IMG/VR virus record: IMGVR_UViG_3300036770_005357
From: a virus
Lineage: Duplodnaviria; Caudoviricetes
Direction: 5' to 3' (one strand)
DNA length: 64,000 bases
This document shows positions 49,566 through 58,454 of this stretch, piece by piece; position 1 is the first letter of the stretch; every line of letters starts with the position of its first letter. The notes under the pieces were generated by a model that worked only from the letters and a program-made list of their open reading frames with translations, had not been told where the DNA came from and did no database searches. The translations under genes and the position numbers were made by a program.

Positions 49566-49593
49566 ATATTACCACAGTTTTAAAGAAAGTCAA
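49566..49593 (-). promoter_or_regulatory. Sigma70-like promoter
   Basis: TTGACT-16-TAATAT with extended TG. Confidence 0.65.
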
Positions 49594-49598
49594 CTGAC

Positions 49599-49631
49599 AA
49601 AATAAAAAAACCGCTGAATTTCTTCAGCGGT
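49599..49631 (-). terminator. Rho-independent terminator
   Basis: Minus strand ACCGCTGAA-GAAA-TTCAGCGGT followed by a long T tract. Confidence 0.9.
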
Positions 49632-49650
49632 CCATAATACTTTGTTTTTA

Positions 49651-50001
49651 TTAACGACGACCGCGATGGTATCTATGACCTCCACTTGCACCACCCACCC
49701 ATACGGTACCTGTTACTGGAGAACGATAACAGTCAGGACGATAATAATTTACTACGGGTATTGTACAATTAGGTTGAACAACTATAGGAGCCGGGGCAGT
49801 ATAAACCACTTGTTGTACAACAGGTTGAGCAATTACTACTGGTTGTGTATAAACTACAGGAACATAAACAACCGGAGGAGCATATACACGAGCACATCCA
49901 CCACCGATTCCGAAAGATATTCCCCAACTAAAGCCACCTGCTTGTACAGATGCAATAGAGAATATGCTTGTTAAAGCAGCTAGAATAATTGATTTTTTCA
50001 T
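49651..50001 (-). CDS. Secreted Pro/Val-rich small protein (PXPV-repeat-like)
   Basis: Signal peptide MKKSIILAALTSIFSIASVQA, then GGFSWGISFG, xPVV repeats and a basic tail. Confidence 0.75.
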   Translation of the reverse strand: MKKSIILAALTSIFSIASVQAGGFSWGISFGIGGGCARVYAPPVVYVPVVYTQPVVIAQPVVQQVVYTAPAPIVVQPNCTIPVVNYYRPDCYRSPVTGTVWVGGASGGHRYHRGRR

Positions 50002-50050
50002 ATAGTTATTAAACTAATTTAAGTATAACAGATTACAAAATATTATCAAA

Positions 50051-50419
50051 TTATTTATTTGCTAAAGTAGATTGTGTTTTTACACCCGACTCTAGTTTAT
50101 GTATTGAAAAATCTTTTTGATGATTATAATAAGATATCGCAATAAAAACGGCTACGCCTACTATGATTGTACAACTAGTAGTTATCCAAGTTCTAAAATG
50201 TTCTAGTTTAGAAACTCTATCATAAAGACCTTTAAATTTTTCGTGAATACCAGGTTTTGCTTCACTAACATTTTCAACATAACCAATAAAATCTTTTATT
50301 TTTATTACATTTTGATCGGTTTTATCTACTGTAAGTTTTATATGTTCAACATCTTTTTTGATACTGTTTAGTGTAACATAAAAATTTGTTAAATCCGAAG
50401 AAGACAATAAATCGCTCAT
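50051..50419 (-). CDS. Coiled-coil protein with single C-terminal TM (XhlA/holin-like architecture)
   Basis: LYDRVSKLEHFRTW followed by the hydrophobic helix ITTSCTIIVGVAVFIAISYY. Confidence 0.55.
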   Translation of the reverse strand: MSDLLSSSDLTNFYVTLNSIKKDVEHIKLTVDKTDQNVIKIKDFIGYVENVSEAKPGIHEKFKGLYDRVSKLEHFRTWITTSCTIIVGVAVFIAISYYNHQKDFSIHKLESGVKTQSTLANK

Positions 50420-50434
50420 TTTTTATCCTATAAC

Positions 50435-51064
50435 TTATTTTTTCTTAGTCTTACCGCCTTTTGTATATTTAACTACTAGCTTTTGTAAATTTTTTGGTAG
50501 TGTTGGTGGAGTATAATCTGGCTTCTTTGATTTATAATCTACTTGTCTTTCAAACTTACCAACTTCTCGCATTGGTTGTGTTGGATCATCAACCTCTTTA
50601 TTCATTGGTTCGGCTTTTATTTGCTTAGAAGGTTTATTGTCCTTTTCAGGATCTACCATACTTTCATCAGATAACTTATCACCTTTCTTACCACCTTCTT
50701 TATCCTTACTATTCTCAACATTTCTACTATATGTACTATCTACATAATTTAGTTCATTTTCATCTAAATAATCCTTAACGAACTTCTTTACATCTTCGTA
50801 CTTTACATATAGTTTCTTTACTCTATCGGTACCGTCTTTAAATGCTTGTATATCGTAAATATTATGAGTTATCGGTCTAATGCTGATATGATGTGGCTCA
50901 CACTCACATACATTATAGTTACCCTTATCATCTAATACTACCGGCTTCTTTATCTCCTTCGCTAACTCCTCCATCATATCAGCAAAAGATTCCGATGCGT
51001 TCGTGTATTTTTGTTCAAGCGTTTCTTTAACTAGCTTATTTACGGTTTTTTTGGAATAGCTCAT
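50435..51064 (-). CDS. Hypothetical protein with charged low-complexity C-terminus
   Basis: 209 aa ORF preceded by TATTTATA. Confidence 0.65.
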   Translation of the reverse strand: MSYSKKTVNKLVKETLEQKYTNASESFADMMEELAKEIKKPVVLDDKGNYNVCECEPHHISIRPITHNIYDIQAFKDGTDRVKKLYVKYEDVKKFVKDYLDENELNYVDSTYSRNVENSKDKEGGKKGDKLSDESMVDPEKDNKPSKQIKAEPMNKEVDDPTQPMREVGKFERQVDYKSKKPDYTPPTLPKNLQKLVVKYTKGGKTKKK

Positions 51065-51102
51065 ATCTCTATATATAAATAGTATCTGTTATATAATTAT
51101 TA

Positions 51103-51660
51103 TTATTTTTTAATTTCTTCTAATACATGTATATGTCCAATATAACCGTAATTTTCGTTTCTTATAGCAGTTACCTTTACATTATAAATATTACCTTCTC
51201 TATCTACTACTCTATGTTCACTGATACTACTTCTTTTATCTCTTATAGCTTTATCCCATTCTTTTTCAACATGTTCTAAATCTTCACCATGTACTCCATT
51301 TTTCCATCCATTACCCAAGAAATATTCAACATCGTGTTTCAATAATTGACAATATTTCTCATTTACCCATGTACAACTACCACTCGTATTACATTCAAAT
51401 ATAGGTTCGGGTCTATTATCCAATATCCACTTTTGTCTACAACATATGGTATTTATTGCATCTGAATCTTTGTTCACCTGAGTTTGTATAGCGGTAACTC
51501 TATCTTTTAAAGACTTACCACCATTAGGTTTAACTTCTTCAAGAATATCTTTAATATTCTTATTTAGATTATTAACCCACTTAAATACTACAAATAAAAA
51601 TCCACCAACAGTTACCAATGCTATTATAGTTTGAAGAATGGAAAAAATAAGGTTCATCAT
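51103..51660 (-). CDS. Membrane-anchored PAS/PAC domain protein
   Basis: N-terminal TM, PNGGKSLKD motif, then PIFECNTSGSCTWVNEKYCQLL..LGNGWKNGVHGED..EHRVVDREG (PAS_3-like). Confidence 0.85.
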   Translation of the reverse strand: MMNLIFSILQTIIALVTVGGFLFVVFKWVNNLNKNIKDILEEVKPNGGKSLKDRVTAIQTQVNKDSDAINTICCRQKWILDNRPEPIFECNTSGSCTWVNEKYCQLLKHDVEYFLGNGWKNGVHGEDLEHVEKEWDKAIRDKRSSISEHRVVDREGNIYNVKVTAIRNENYGYIGHIHVLEEIKK

Positions 51661-51693
51661 ATTATAAAAATAATTGTTTATATAAATATAAAT

Positions 51694-51727
51694 AAAAAAG
51701 CACTTAACTTAATAAGTGCTCTTTTTT
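51694..51727. terminator. Probable bidirectional rho-independent terminator
   Basis: AAAAAAGCACTTA-ACTTAA-TAAGTGCTCTTTTTT. Confidence 0.75.
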
Positions 51728-51741
51728 AAATGTTTTTTATA

Positions 51742-53718
51742 TTATCTAACTGGACATACACCACTTTCACATTCAATGCCTTGTAGAAGTTCTCCACTTG
51801 TATTGATAGTAAGGTTACTGAGTGGTTTAACCTTCTCTTTAGCCTTCAAATAAGCATCTTTATCTATTTCTTGATAAGGAGCTTGCTTAAAGCCGTGTTT
51901 CTGTCTTAACAAGAAACTTACACTCTTGACATTATTCTTATAATTATCTTTCAACCAACCCTTAAGCTCATTCAACTCAGATGGTTCATAATAAGCCGTA
52001 ACACTTACAGCATTATCACTCCATACCTTTTGAAGTTCCTTAACCATGTTCAATTGTTTAATAACACCCATATCATCCGCTAAGATTGCACCTTCCGGAG
52101 TTTCACATGGAAAATAAACAACAACTGTATCATGATTTTCCGTACCATCAAAATTCAACAAGAATTCGGTGTGGTATCCCAAATCTTTACAAATTTGTAC
52201 GAGCTTGTCACTACTGCTCATACGAACTGTTCGCATATAATACTTACTGTAAGCAGGATGTACACCTGGAGTAGCTCCTCCAAGCAAACTCAATGTACCA
52301 CTTGGCTTAACTGTGGTCAACTTAATGCTTTCCGGCCATCCTCGTTCCTTACTCCAGCTCTTATCAAACTTACGAAGTTCAACATAACACTTATCTAACC
52401 AAGGAACTTTATCAAGTGATTGACAAATACCAGTAACACCCAACCCGAGTCTCATGTTCTTATGAACAATCTTATTGGTTTCTTCGTGAATAAATGGAAG
52501 TGCTGCAATAGCCTTTTGAGTCTTATAAAGCAACTTAGCACAATCATTTAATTCGTCTTGTGACTCAATATTATTTAAATAAAGTTCACAAAGATTACAA
52601 CATTCATAATCACTCAAACTAATTTCACCACACGGATTTGTTCCAATAACATTATCAACATCTGTTGGATACAACTTACTATCCTTAAGAGGACCATCCT
52701 TCAATCGTCCATACTTTTGACTGAGTGGTAAATTGAAGAATCCATATGGTTCACCATTAGCAAAACCGGTTTCTTTATTAATCTCATAACCATTAGTCCA
52801 AAACTCATCAATCAAATGACTATAATCGTCAACATAAAGAGTATTGTTGCTCATGGCTCTCCAGTTAGGTACATTACCAGCACTCCAATTCTTAGCTCTT
52901 ATATAAAGAATATCATCAGGATCACCCAAAGCAATTTCAGCACTTCTACGAACATTACCAGCAACAACAATGCTACCAATAATATTACAAATATCAAGTA
53001 CATCAATACTTCTAAGCTTCTTAGCTTCTCTGCTTTGGAAGATTTTTGTAATCTTCTCAATACCATCAACTAAGATAGATGGACCACTTGCTTTACCACC
53101 AAATCCACTAATCTTTTCACCGGCACCACGAACAAGAATTGTGCTATATGTAAAACTTTTACCGGTAACATAAAAAGCATCAAGTACATTAGCCAACAAC
53201 TTGACCCATCCTTCTCTTGTATCAGGTACAATAAAATCAGCATCCTTGGTTGGTTGATGTGTAACATTTACATCTTTCTTGATTCTAGGAAGTTCGTGTA
53301 CATCTTCACGACGAACGCTGTATCCAACACCTCCACCCAACATCAAATTCTCAAATAAAAACAAAAATGCTTTGGGTTCTCTAATACTTGTAAACCAACA
53401 ATTTAGAAGACTGTTTGCACCGAATCTATCAACTGTGCTAGTGCCTAATTGCCAAAGCATTCTTCCGGCAAAATTACACTTCAAGTTAAAGACATAATCA
53501 AAAAGTCTTTCAGCTTCTTCTTTAGTATATTGGGCACCAATCTTTTGCGCACCGTTTATACACCTTTCAATGGTTTCATGCCATTCTTCGGTATTACCAT
53601 CATCTTTCAATCTAGCATATGTTCTTTTATATACTATATAGCCCAATCCATTAAAACCCCAATTGGGTTGTTTCTTTGCATACTTCTTGACAAAATCTTT
53701 ACTTAAAATATCACTCAT
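51742..53718 (-). CDS. nrdJ: Class II (adenosylcobalamin-dependent) ribonucleotide reductase, monomeric type
   Basis: AGRMLWQLG, LLNCWF, GNVRRSA, TNPCGEI, CNL, RLGLGVTG, TTVKPSGT, C-terminal CESGVCP. Confidence 0.93.
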   Translation of the reverse strand: MSDILSKDFVKKYAKKQPNWGFNGLGYIVYKRTYARLKDDGNTEEWHETIERCINGAQKIGAQYTKEEAERLFDYVFNLKCNFAGRMLWQLGTSTVDRFGANSLLNCWFTSIREPKAFLFLFENLMLGGGVGYSVRREDVHELPRIKKDVNVTHQPTKDADFIVPDTREGWVKLLANVLDAFYVTGKSFTYSTILVRGAGEKISGFGGKASGPSILVDGIEKITKIFQSREAKKLRSIDVLDICNIIGSIVVAGNVRRSAEIALGDPDDILYIRAKNWSAGNVPNWRAMSNNTLYVDDYSHLIDEFWTNGYEINKETGFANGEPYGFFNLPLSQKYGRLKDGPLKDSKLYPTDVDNVIGTNPCGEISLSDYECCNLCELYLNNIESQDELNDCAKLLYKTQKAIAALPFIHEETNKIVHKNMRLGLGVTGICQSLDKVPWLDKCYVELRKFDKSWSKERGWPESIKLTTVKPSGTLSLLGGATPGVHPAYSKYYMRTVRMSSSDKLVQICKDLGYHTEFLLNFDGTENHDTVVVYFPCETPEGAILADDMGVIKQLNMVKELQKVWSDNAVSVTAYYEPSELNELKGWLKDNYKNNVKSVSFLLRQKHGFKQAPYQEIDKDAYLKAKEKVKPLSNLTINTSGELLQGIECESGVCPVR

Positions 53719-53834
53719 AATAAGAACCTTTCTGTAGGTAGAAAATAACTATCAATTTAAAAAATAAAATTTTATTTGCATCAAAAACTTTTAAAAACTT
53801 TTTTATAACTTTTTATAAATTTTATAACTATGAA

Positions 53835-55220
53835 TTACTCATCGTCTTCATCAACATTGTGAGCATTCCACTTGTTCTTGAGAACTTTCTTTACTTGATT
53901 CTCACCGTCCATCATTTCATTCAATACAGCAAGACCTTCACGACTGTTCTCAGCAAAAATTTCAATTTGACCACAACCAGCATTCATCTTACTCGGGAAT
54001 GTCAAACCATCTGGTCCGAAACGATTCTTAATAACATGAAAACGAGCAGTATGACTTTGTTTATCTTGAACCTTACGACTCAAACTCATAACAAAGTCAG
54101 CAGTCATAATCTTACGATAACTGTCAGCAATATTATTCGCCTGAATAATATCTTCATCCATGGCAGCTCTATTTGATTGTGAAGCACTCCAAATAGGAAC
54201 TTGTAATTCACCGGCGACACCACGAAGTTCTTCATAAATACCACCAGCTTCGCTATAACTGTTACTATTTCGTTCACTCTGTGATGGACGAAGAATATCG
54301 GCGTAATCAACAATAATCATATCCACTTTTGTACCAAGTAATGCTAATCGTTCACAATGTGCCTTGAGACTATAGGCACTAACAGTCTTAATTGGGAAAT
54401 ACTTAATAACAAGTTTACCAGGCACTTCTGTAATCTTCTGTTTTACAATATCAATATTGTTCCTAATATTTTGGAAATCAATACCTGTAAAACAACTGTC
54501 GTATCTCAATCCAACATAATTTTCATTCAACTCAAGTGTAAAATGTACAACATTCTTACCTTGTCTCATAGCTTCAGCGCCAAGCTTACAGAGTACCCAG
54601 CTCTTACCACTACCGGCACAAGCTGTAATAATGCCAAGTTCGCCAGGTCCAAGTCCACCGTCCATAATTGTATCAATTTCTGTCCAATTGGTTTTGATGC
54701 AATTACGGCTCATCACGCTCATTCGTTTTTCAATTTCTTCACCATAGTCATGTCCAATATTGCGTTCCATACCCGCCTTTAAAGCATGGTCAACAACATT
54801 CTTAATCTTTTCATACTGACCCGTAGCAAGCAAATCGGCACTTTCAAAGATTGCATTCTTCAACTTTTGATTCTTACAAAATTCAAGAAACTGTTCCTTA
54901 ACAAACTTAAGATCGTTATCATTTACCTTTTGATAAACAAGTTTAAGATTATCTACGATAGATTTCTTTAACACTTCATTATCTACAGTATCAATCTTAA
55001 TTTTAAATACGGTAAGAGTAGGAATATCTTTGTATTCGTTATAATAATTCAAACTCTCCTTAAGGATCCACTTATGTGCATCACTCTCAAAAAACTCAGC
55101 TTCTACAATGTCGTGAATTCGTTCAATAAAAGAACGATCTGACAATAGACACGAAATGCACTTAATCTGGAAGTCCAGACCATATTTTTTTAAATTATCA
55201 ATAATTTGTTTGTTCTCCAT
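53835..55220 (-). CDS. dnaB: Replicative DNA helicase (DnaB/T4 gp41-like)
   Basis: ACAGSGKS Walker A, FTLELNE, IVDYADIL, SASQSNR, KNRFG. Confidence 0.92.
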   Translation of the reverse strand: MENKQIIDNLKKYGLDFQIKCISCLLSDRSFIERIHDIVEAEFFESDAHKWILKESLNYYNEYKDIPTLTVFKIKIDTVDNEVLKKSIVDNLKLVYQKVNDNDLKFVKEQFLEFCKNQKLKNAIFESADLLATGQYEKIKNVVDHALKAGMERNIGHDYGEEIEKRMSVMSRNCIKTNWTEIDTIMDGGLGPGELGIITACAGSGKSWVLCKLGAEAMRQGKNVVHFTLELNENYVGLRYDSCFTGIDFQNIRNNIDIVKQKITEVPGKLVIKYFPIKTVSAYSLKAHCERLALLGTKVDMIIVDYADILRPSQSERNSNSYSEAGGIYEELRGVAGELQVPIWSASQSNRAAMDEDIIQANNIADSYRKIMTADFVMSLSRKVQDKQSHTARFHVIKNRFGPDGLTFPSKMNAGCGQIEIFAENSREGLAVLNEMMDGENQVKKVLKNKWNAHNVDEDDE

Positions 55221-55226
55221 AAAAAT

Positions 55227-55254
55227 AGTATACCTGCGTAATTAAGTTTTACAA
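55227..55254 (-). promoter_or_regulatory. Sigma70-like promoter, apparently leaderless
   Basis: TTGTAA-16-TATACT, ending 6 nt before the helicase ATG. Confidence 0.5.
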
Positions 55255-55266
55255 CTTGTTATATGC

Positions 55267-56334
55267 TTATAACACAAAACTATTTAGTTTTCCAAATGTT
55301 TCCTGTACCCAAACCATATAATTGGGAAGATTATTCCACATTTTGTCTTCTGTTATTAACTTGCTGAACCCCATCTTGTCAATTTTAGGAATTTGTTTAG
55401 CAACTATTTCCTCAATTCTCAACTGTGTAAAAGATTGTATTTGAGTATTGTGTAACTGCATCAATTCATAATTGCGTTCAAGCAATAGCTTATTATCCAA
55501 TACTCTTTCGTAAATCTTATACTTTCCCTTATTATTCTCACTATAATTGTAGATTTGTTGTAAGCAAACCTGTGGTTCTTCACCTAGAAAAGGAAATGCT
55601 TGTAACACTCTCTTCAATCCAACACCATCCAATCCGGGTATGTTATCACTTACATCACCTTCCATAACTCTGTAGAAAACAAAATTCTTGCAGTTGATTC
55701 CGTATTCATCTACAATTTCTTTACAACCAAAAATCTTTTTCTTTACCGGACTCCAAATATTAATCTTATCACTAGCTAACTGCAAAAAATCTTTATCCGT
55801 AGACATTATTGTTACATTACTATCTTTGAATGTCTGTTTAGCCAAATAAGCAATAGTATCATCAGCTTCTACTTGATCTAGCGCCATTACAGTAACAGGC
55901 AATACATCCAAATAATTTACAGTACGAATCAATTCTTTTTTGAAATTTTGCGATTCTGTAATACTGTCTGACAACTCTTCGTAAGTTCTATTCAACCTAA
56001 TGTCAGTTCTTCTACCGTTTTTATAACCGGGATATATTTTTCTTCTCTTTTGAGAACCACCTTTACCGTCAAATACAACAATAACCCGTGTAGGATTTAA
56101 TAATTTAATTGCATATCCTACGCTCTTAAGAAATCCAGCAATACCACCTGTGTGTAATCCATCATCATTAAGAGATGGTACCGCCATAAAACTTCTAATG
56201 TAAGTATTTAATCCATCAACAAGAAGAATATCGGAGTTAATATTCTTTTGCAGTCCACTAACTCCGACATCTTCTTTTATGTTCTCAAATAACGAGAACA
56301 GTTTCTTTCGTTCGTTGGAAGTAAATCCACTCAT
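55267..56334 (-). CDS. 5'-3' exonuclease/flap endonuclease (T4 RNase H-like)
   Basis: LVDGLN, VFDGKGG, EADD, STDKDFLQL, GDVSDNIPG. Confidence 0.93.
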   Translation of the reverse strand: MSGFTSNERKKLFSLFENIKEDVGVSGLQKNINSDILLVDGLNTYIRSFMAVPSLNDDGLHTGGIAGFLKSVGYAIKLLNPTRVIVVFDGKGGSQKRRKIYPGYKNGRRTDIRLNRTYEELSDSITESQNFKKELIRTVNYLDVLPVTVMALDQVEADDTIAYLAKQTFKDSNVTIMSTDKDFLQLASDKINIWSPVKKKIFGCKEIVDEYGINCKNFVFYRVMEGDVSDNIPGLDGVGLKRVLQAFPFLGEEPQVCLQQIYNYSENNKGKYKIYERVLDNKLLLERNYELMQLHNTQIQSFTQLRIEEIVAKQIPKIDKMGFSKLITEDKMWNNLPNYMVWVQETFGKLNSFVL

Positions 56335-57470
56335 TCTTCAGAACCAGCAGTTTCTTCTTCCGTATCAACAACAGCATCCTCAACAATTTGACTATTGGGA
56401 TCCTTGTACTTCATAATCACAGCTTCACAAATCTTAAGATAAAGTTCTTCTTTAAGTTTTTCATCAGATTGCATTGTGCTTACAAAGTCCTTAGATTGAA
56501 ACTTCCAATCTTCGCCATTATCCTTCTTATAGGAATAATAAGCGCCGCCTTGTTTAATAATACTATTGTCTTTCAGAATCTTAATCCAACTACTATAGTC
56601 AGCAATACCACTGTCAAAGTAGATCTCAAAGTTAGCTTGTCTCTGAGGCGGACCCATTCTGTTCTTGATAACAACCGCCTTACACTCATTACCGATGATT
56701 TCTTCACCCTTCTTGAGCTTACCAGTGTTATTCAAACGAACTCGTACACTACAATGATAAGCAAGTGCCTTACCACCACTCACCACATACTTGTCACCGA
56801 ATGCCATAGCATTTAGGTTTTGACGAAGCTGGTTAGTAAATACAGTGAGAACCTTTTGCTTACCAATCATGTTGGTGATCTTTCTCATAGCCTTACTAAT
56901 AATAATACTCTTACCAGTAGCGAAACCATCTTTACCATGTTCACTTTCCAACTCAGCCTTTGTAGAAGCTGCGGCTACAGAGTCAATGATAAGTGTAAGA
57001 ATACGATCCTTATTGCTCTTACGAACGATTGCGATCATTTGTTCCATCTTTTCAAAGATATCTTCAACGGTTTCACATTGAACATACAGAAGTTTAGACA
57101 GATTTACACCAAGGCTCTTCCAGAATTCCGGAGCAGCTGCATTTTCAGTATCAATTACGACTGCAACACCACCCTTGCGTTGTGTTTCAGCACAAATATG
57201 AGCCGATACTAGACTCTTACCAGTACCTTCCAATCCGTTAAATTCAACCATCTTTCCTACAGGCAATCCACCGTGTGGGCGGTTGCTAATAGCTAAATCT
57301 AACAGTGAAGAACCTGTACCGATCCAATCACTAACTTCTGCTGGATTTTCTTCTTCATCCAAGAAATAAGCGATCTTACCACCGTCTTTATTTGCTTTGT
57401 TTAACTCATTTGCCAATAACTCAACAAGTTCATCTCGTTGATTAGTTTCTTTATTAGATTTTTTTGCCAT
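56331..57470 (-). CDS. recA: RecA/UvsX recombinase
   Basis: TGSSLLDLAI, GLEGTGKS, IDTENA, IIDSVAA, NQLR, GGKAL..SVRVRL; start moved to MAKK at 57470. Confidence 0.95.
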   Translation of the reverse strand: MAKKSNKETNQRDELVELLANELNKANKDGGKIAYFLDEEENPAEVSDWIGTGSSLLDLAISNRPHGGLPVGKMVEFNGLEGTGKSLVSAHICAETQRKGGVAVVIDTENAAAPEFWKSLGVNLSKLLYVQCETVEDIFEKMEQMIAIVRKSNKDRILTLIIDSVAAASTKAELESEHGKDGFATGKSIIISKAMRKITNMIGKQKVLTVFTNQLRQNLNAMAFGDKYVVSGGKALAYHCSVRVRLNNTGKLKKGEEIIGNECKAVVIKNRMGPPQRQANFEIYFDSGIADYSSWIKILKDNSIIKQGGAYYSYKKDNGEDWKFQSKDFVSTMQSDEKLKEELYLKICEAVIMKYKDPNSQIVEDAVVDTEEETAGSEE

Positions 57471-57485
57471 AACAGGTATAACTAG

Positions 57486-57518
57486 AAAACCGGTGGCATA
57501 TAAAAATACCACCGGTTT
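57486..57518 (-). terminator. Rho-independent terminator after ssb
   Basis: AAACCGGTGG/CCACCGGTTT perfect stem with a T run on the minus strand. Confidence 0.75.
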
Positions 57519-57528
57519 AATTTATTTT

Positions 57529-58356
57529 TTAGGAGTTAAACAAATCGTCAAAAGCAGCGGTAACATCGTCCGTTGCAGCTGACTTAGCCTTGGCAGCACT
57601 TGGAGATGCTGTCGGCTTGGAAGCAGCTGGAGCAGCTGCTGGTTGTGCTGGAACATCGTCATCATCAGCAGAAACTACTGGTGTTTCGGTTGTCTCAGCA
57701 GTGTCAGGATTCAACCACTTATCCATGACATCCTTAAGTTCATCATAAGAGAACTCAGGAAATAGATCAAGAATGTTAACTTGAGACTTGAGTGCTTCAA
57801 GCAACTGAGCGTTCTTCGGATCAACAGCGATACTCGTATTTGGCTTAACACGAATATTAGTTTCAGGGAAACTCTTACCAGATTCATCGCCAGTCTTGAA
57901 CTCAACAACAATGTCTCGTCCACTGGTCAAGTCGGTAATATCACCGAAATCGGGATCGCTGATAATAGAAAGCAGCTCTTGATAAACTTGCTTGCCAAAT
58001 CCCCAAAACTTGACACCTTCATGTTCCTCACCGCGAACGATGACAGGAGCAAAAGTACGCATCTTGGGTTCCATCTTACGACCCATCTTCCAATCCTCCT
58101 TATCACCGGTCTTCTTGAGACGGTTACTGAACTCAACAATAGGATCTGGACGACCGAAACTATCAGGACTCAAATATGTCTTACCATTAATGTTGTAATG
58201 AAACTTGAGTTCAATGAAAGGATTTTCCGGAACATACTTATAGGGAACAATACGAACAACTTGCTTGCCCGGCTTGGGCTTCCAAATAAGATTGGACTTT
58301 TGATTTGTGTTTGAAAGAGAGTTCAAACGACTCTTTAGTTTACTAATGTCTAGCAT
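57529..58356 (-). CDS. ssb: Single-stranded DNA-binding protein (T4 gp32-like)
   Basis: WKPKPG..VRIVP, VKFWGFGKQVY, DITDLTSGRD, Ala/Pro linker and acidic tail AFDDLFNS. Confidence 0.85.
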   Translation of the reverse strand: MLDISKLKSRLNSLSNTNQKSNLIWKPKPGKQVVRIVPYKYVPENPFIELKFHYNINGKTYLSPDSFGRPDPIVEFSNRLKKTGDKEDWKMGRKMEPKMRTFAPVIVRGEEHEGVKFWGFGKQVYQELLSIISDPDFGDITDLTSGRDIVVEFKTGDESGKSFPETNIRVKPNTSIAVDPKNAQLLEALKSQVNILDLFPEFSYDELKDVMDKWLNPDTAETTETPVVSADDDDVPAQPAAAPAASKPTASPSAAKAKSAATDDVTAAFDDLFNS

Positions 58357-58425
58357 AATTTTAATTGATTAATTGTTAATTGTTTAATTAGATAATTGAT
58401 AATTATTTAAGTACTTACTCAAGTA
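58357..58425 (-). promoter_or_regulatory. AATTA-repeat 5' leader of ssb with a small hairpin
   Basis: Seven AATT cores at 6-8 nt spacing up to the start codon; TACTT-GAGT-AAGTA hairpin upstream. Confidence 0.55.
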
Positions 58426-58454
58426 TAAAACGAACTATCAATAAATACATATTA

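Noticed and set aside
49642-49974. Plus-strand 110-aa Thr/Tyr-rich ORF
   Set aside because: Antisense to a gene with a clear signal peptide and its own downstream terminator.
14184-57470. Inteins or group I introns in polB, nrdJ, dnaB or recA
   Set aside because: All are uninterrupted, of normal length, and show no intein or intron-encoded endonuclease motifs.
53859-58314. Numerous plus-strand and alternative-frame ORFs of 60-177 aa over dnaB, recA and ssb (and likewise over polB, MoxR and nrdJ)
   Set aside because: They lie wholly within well-supported genes and show no recognisable motifs.
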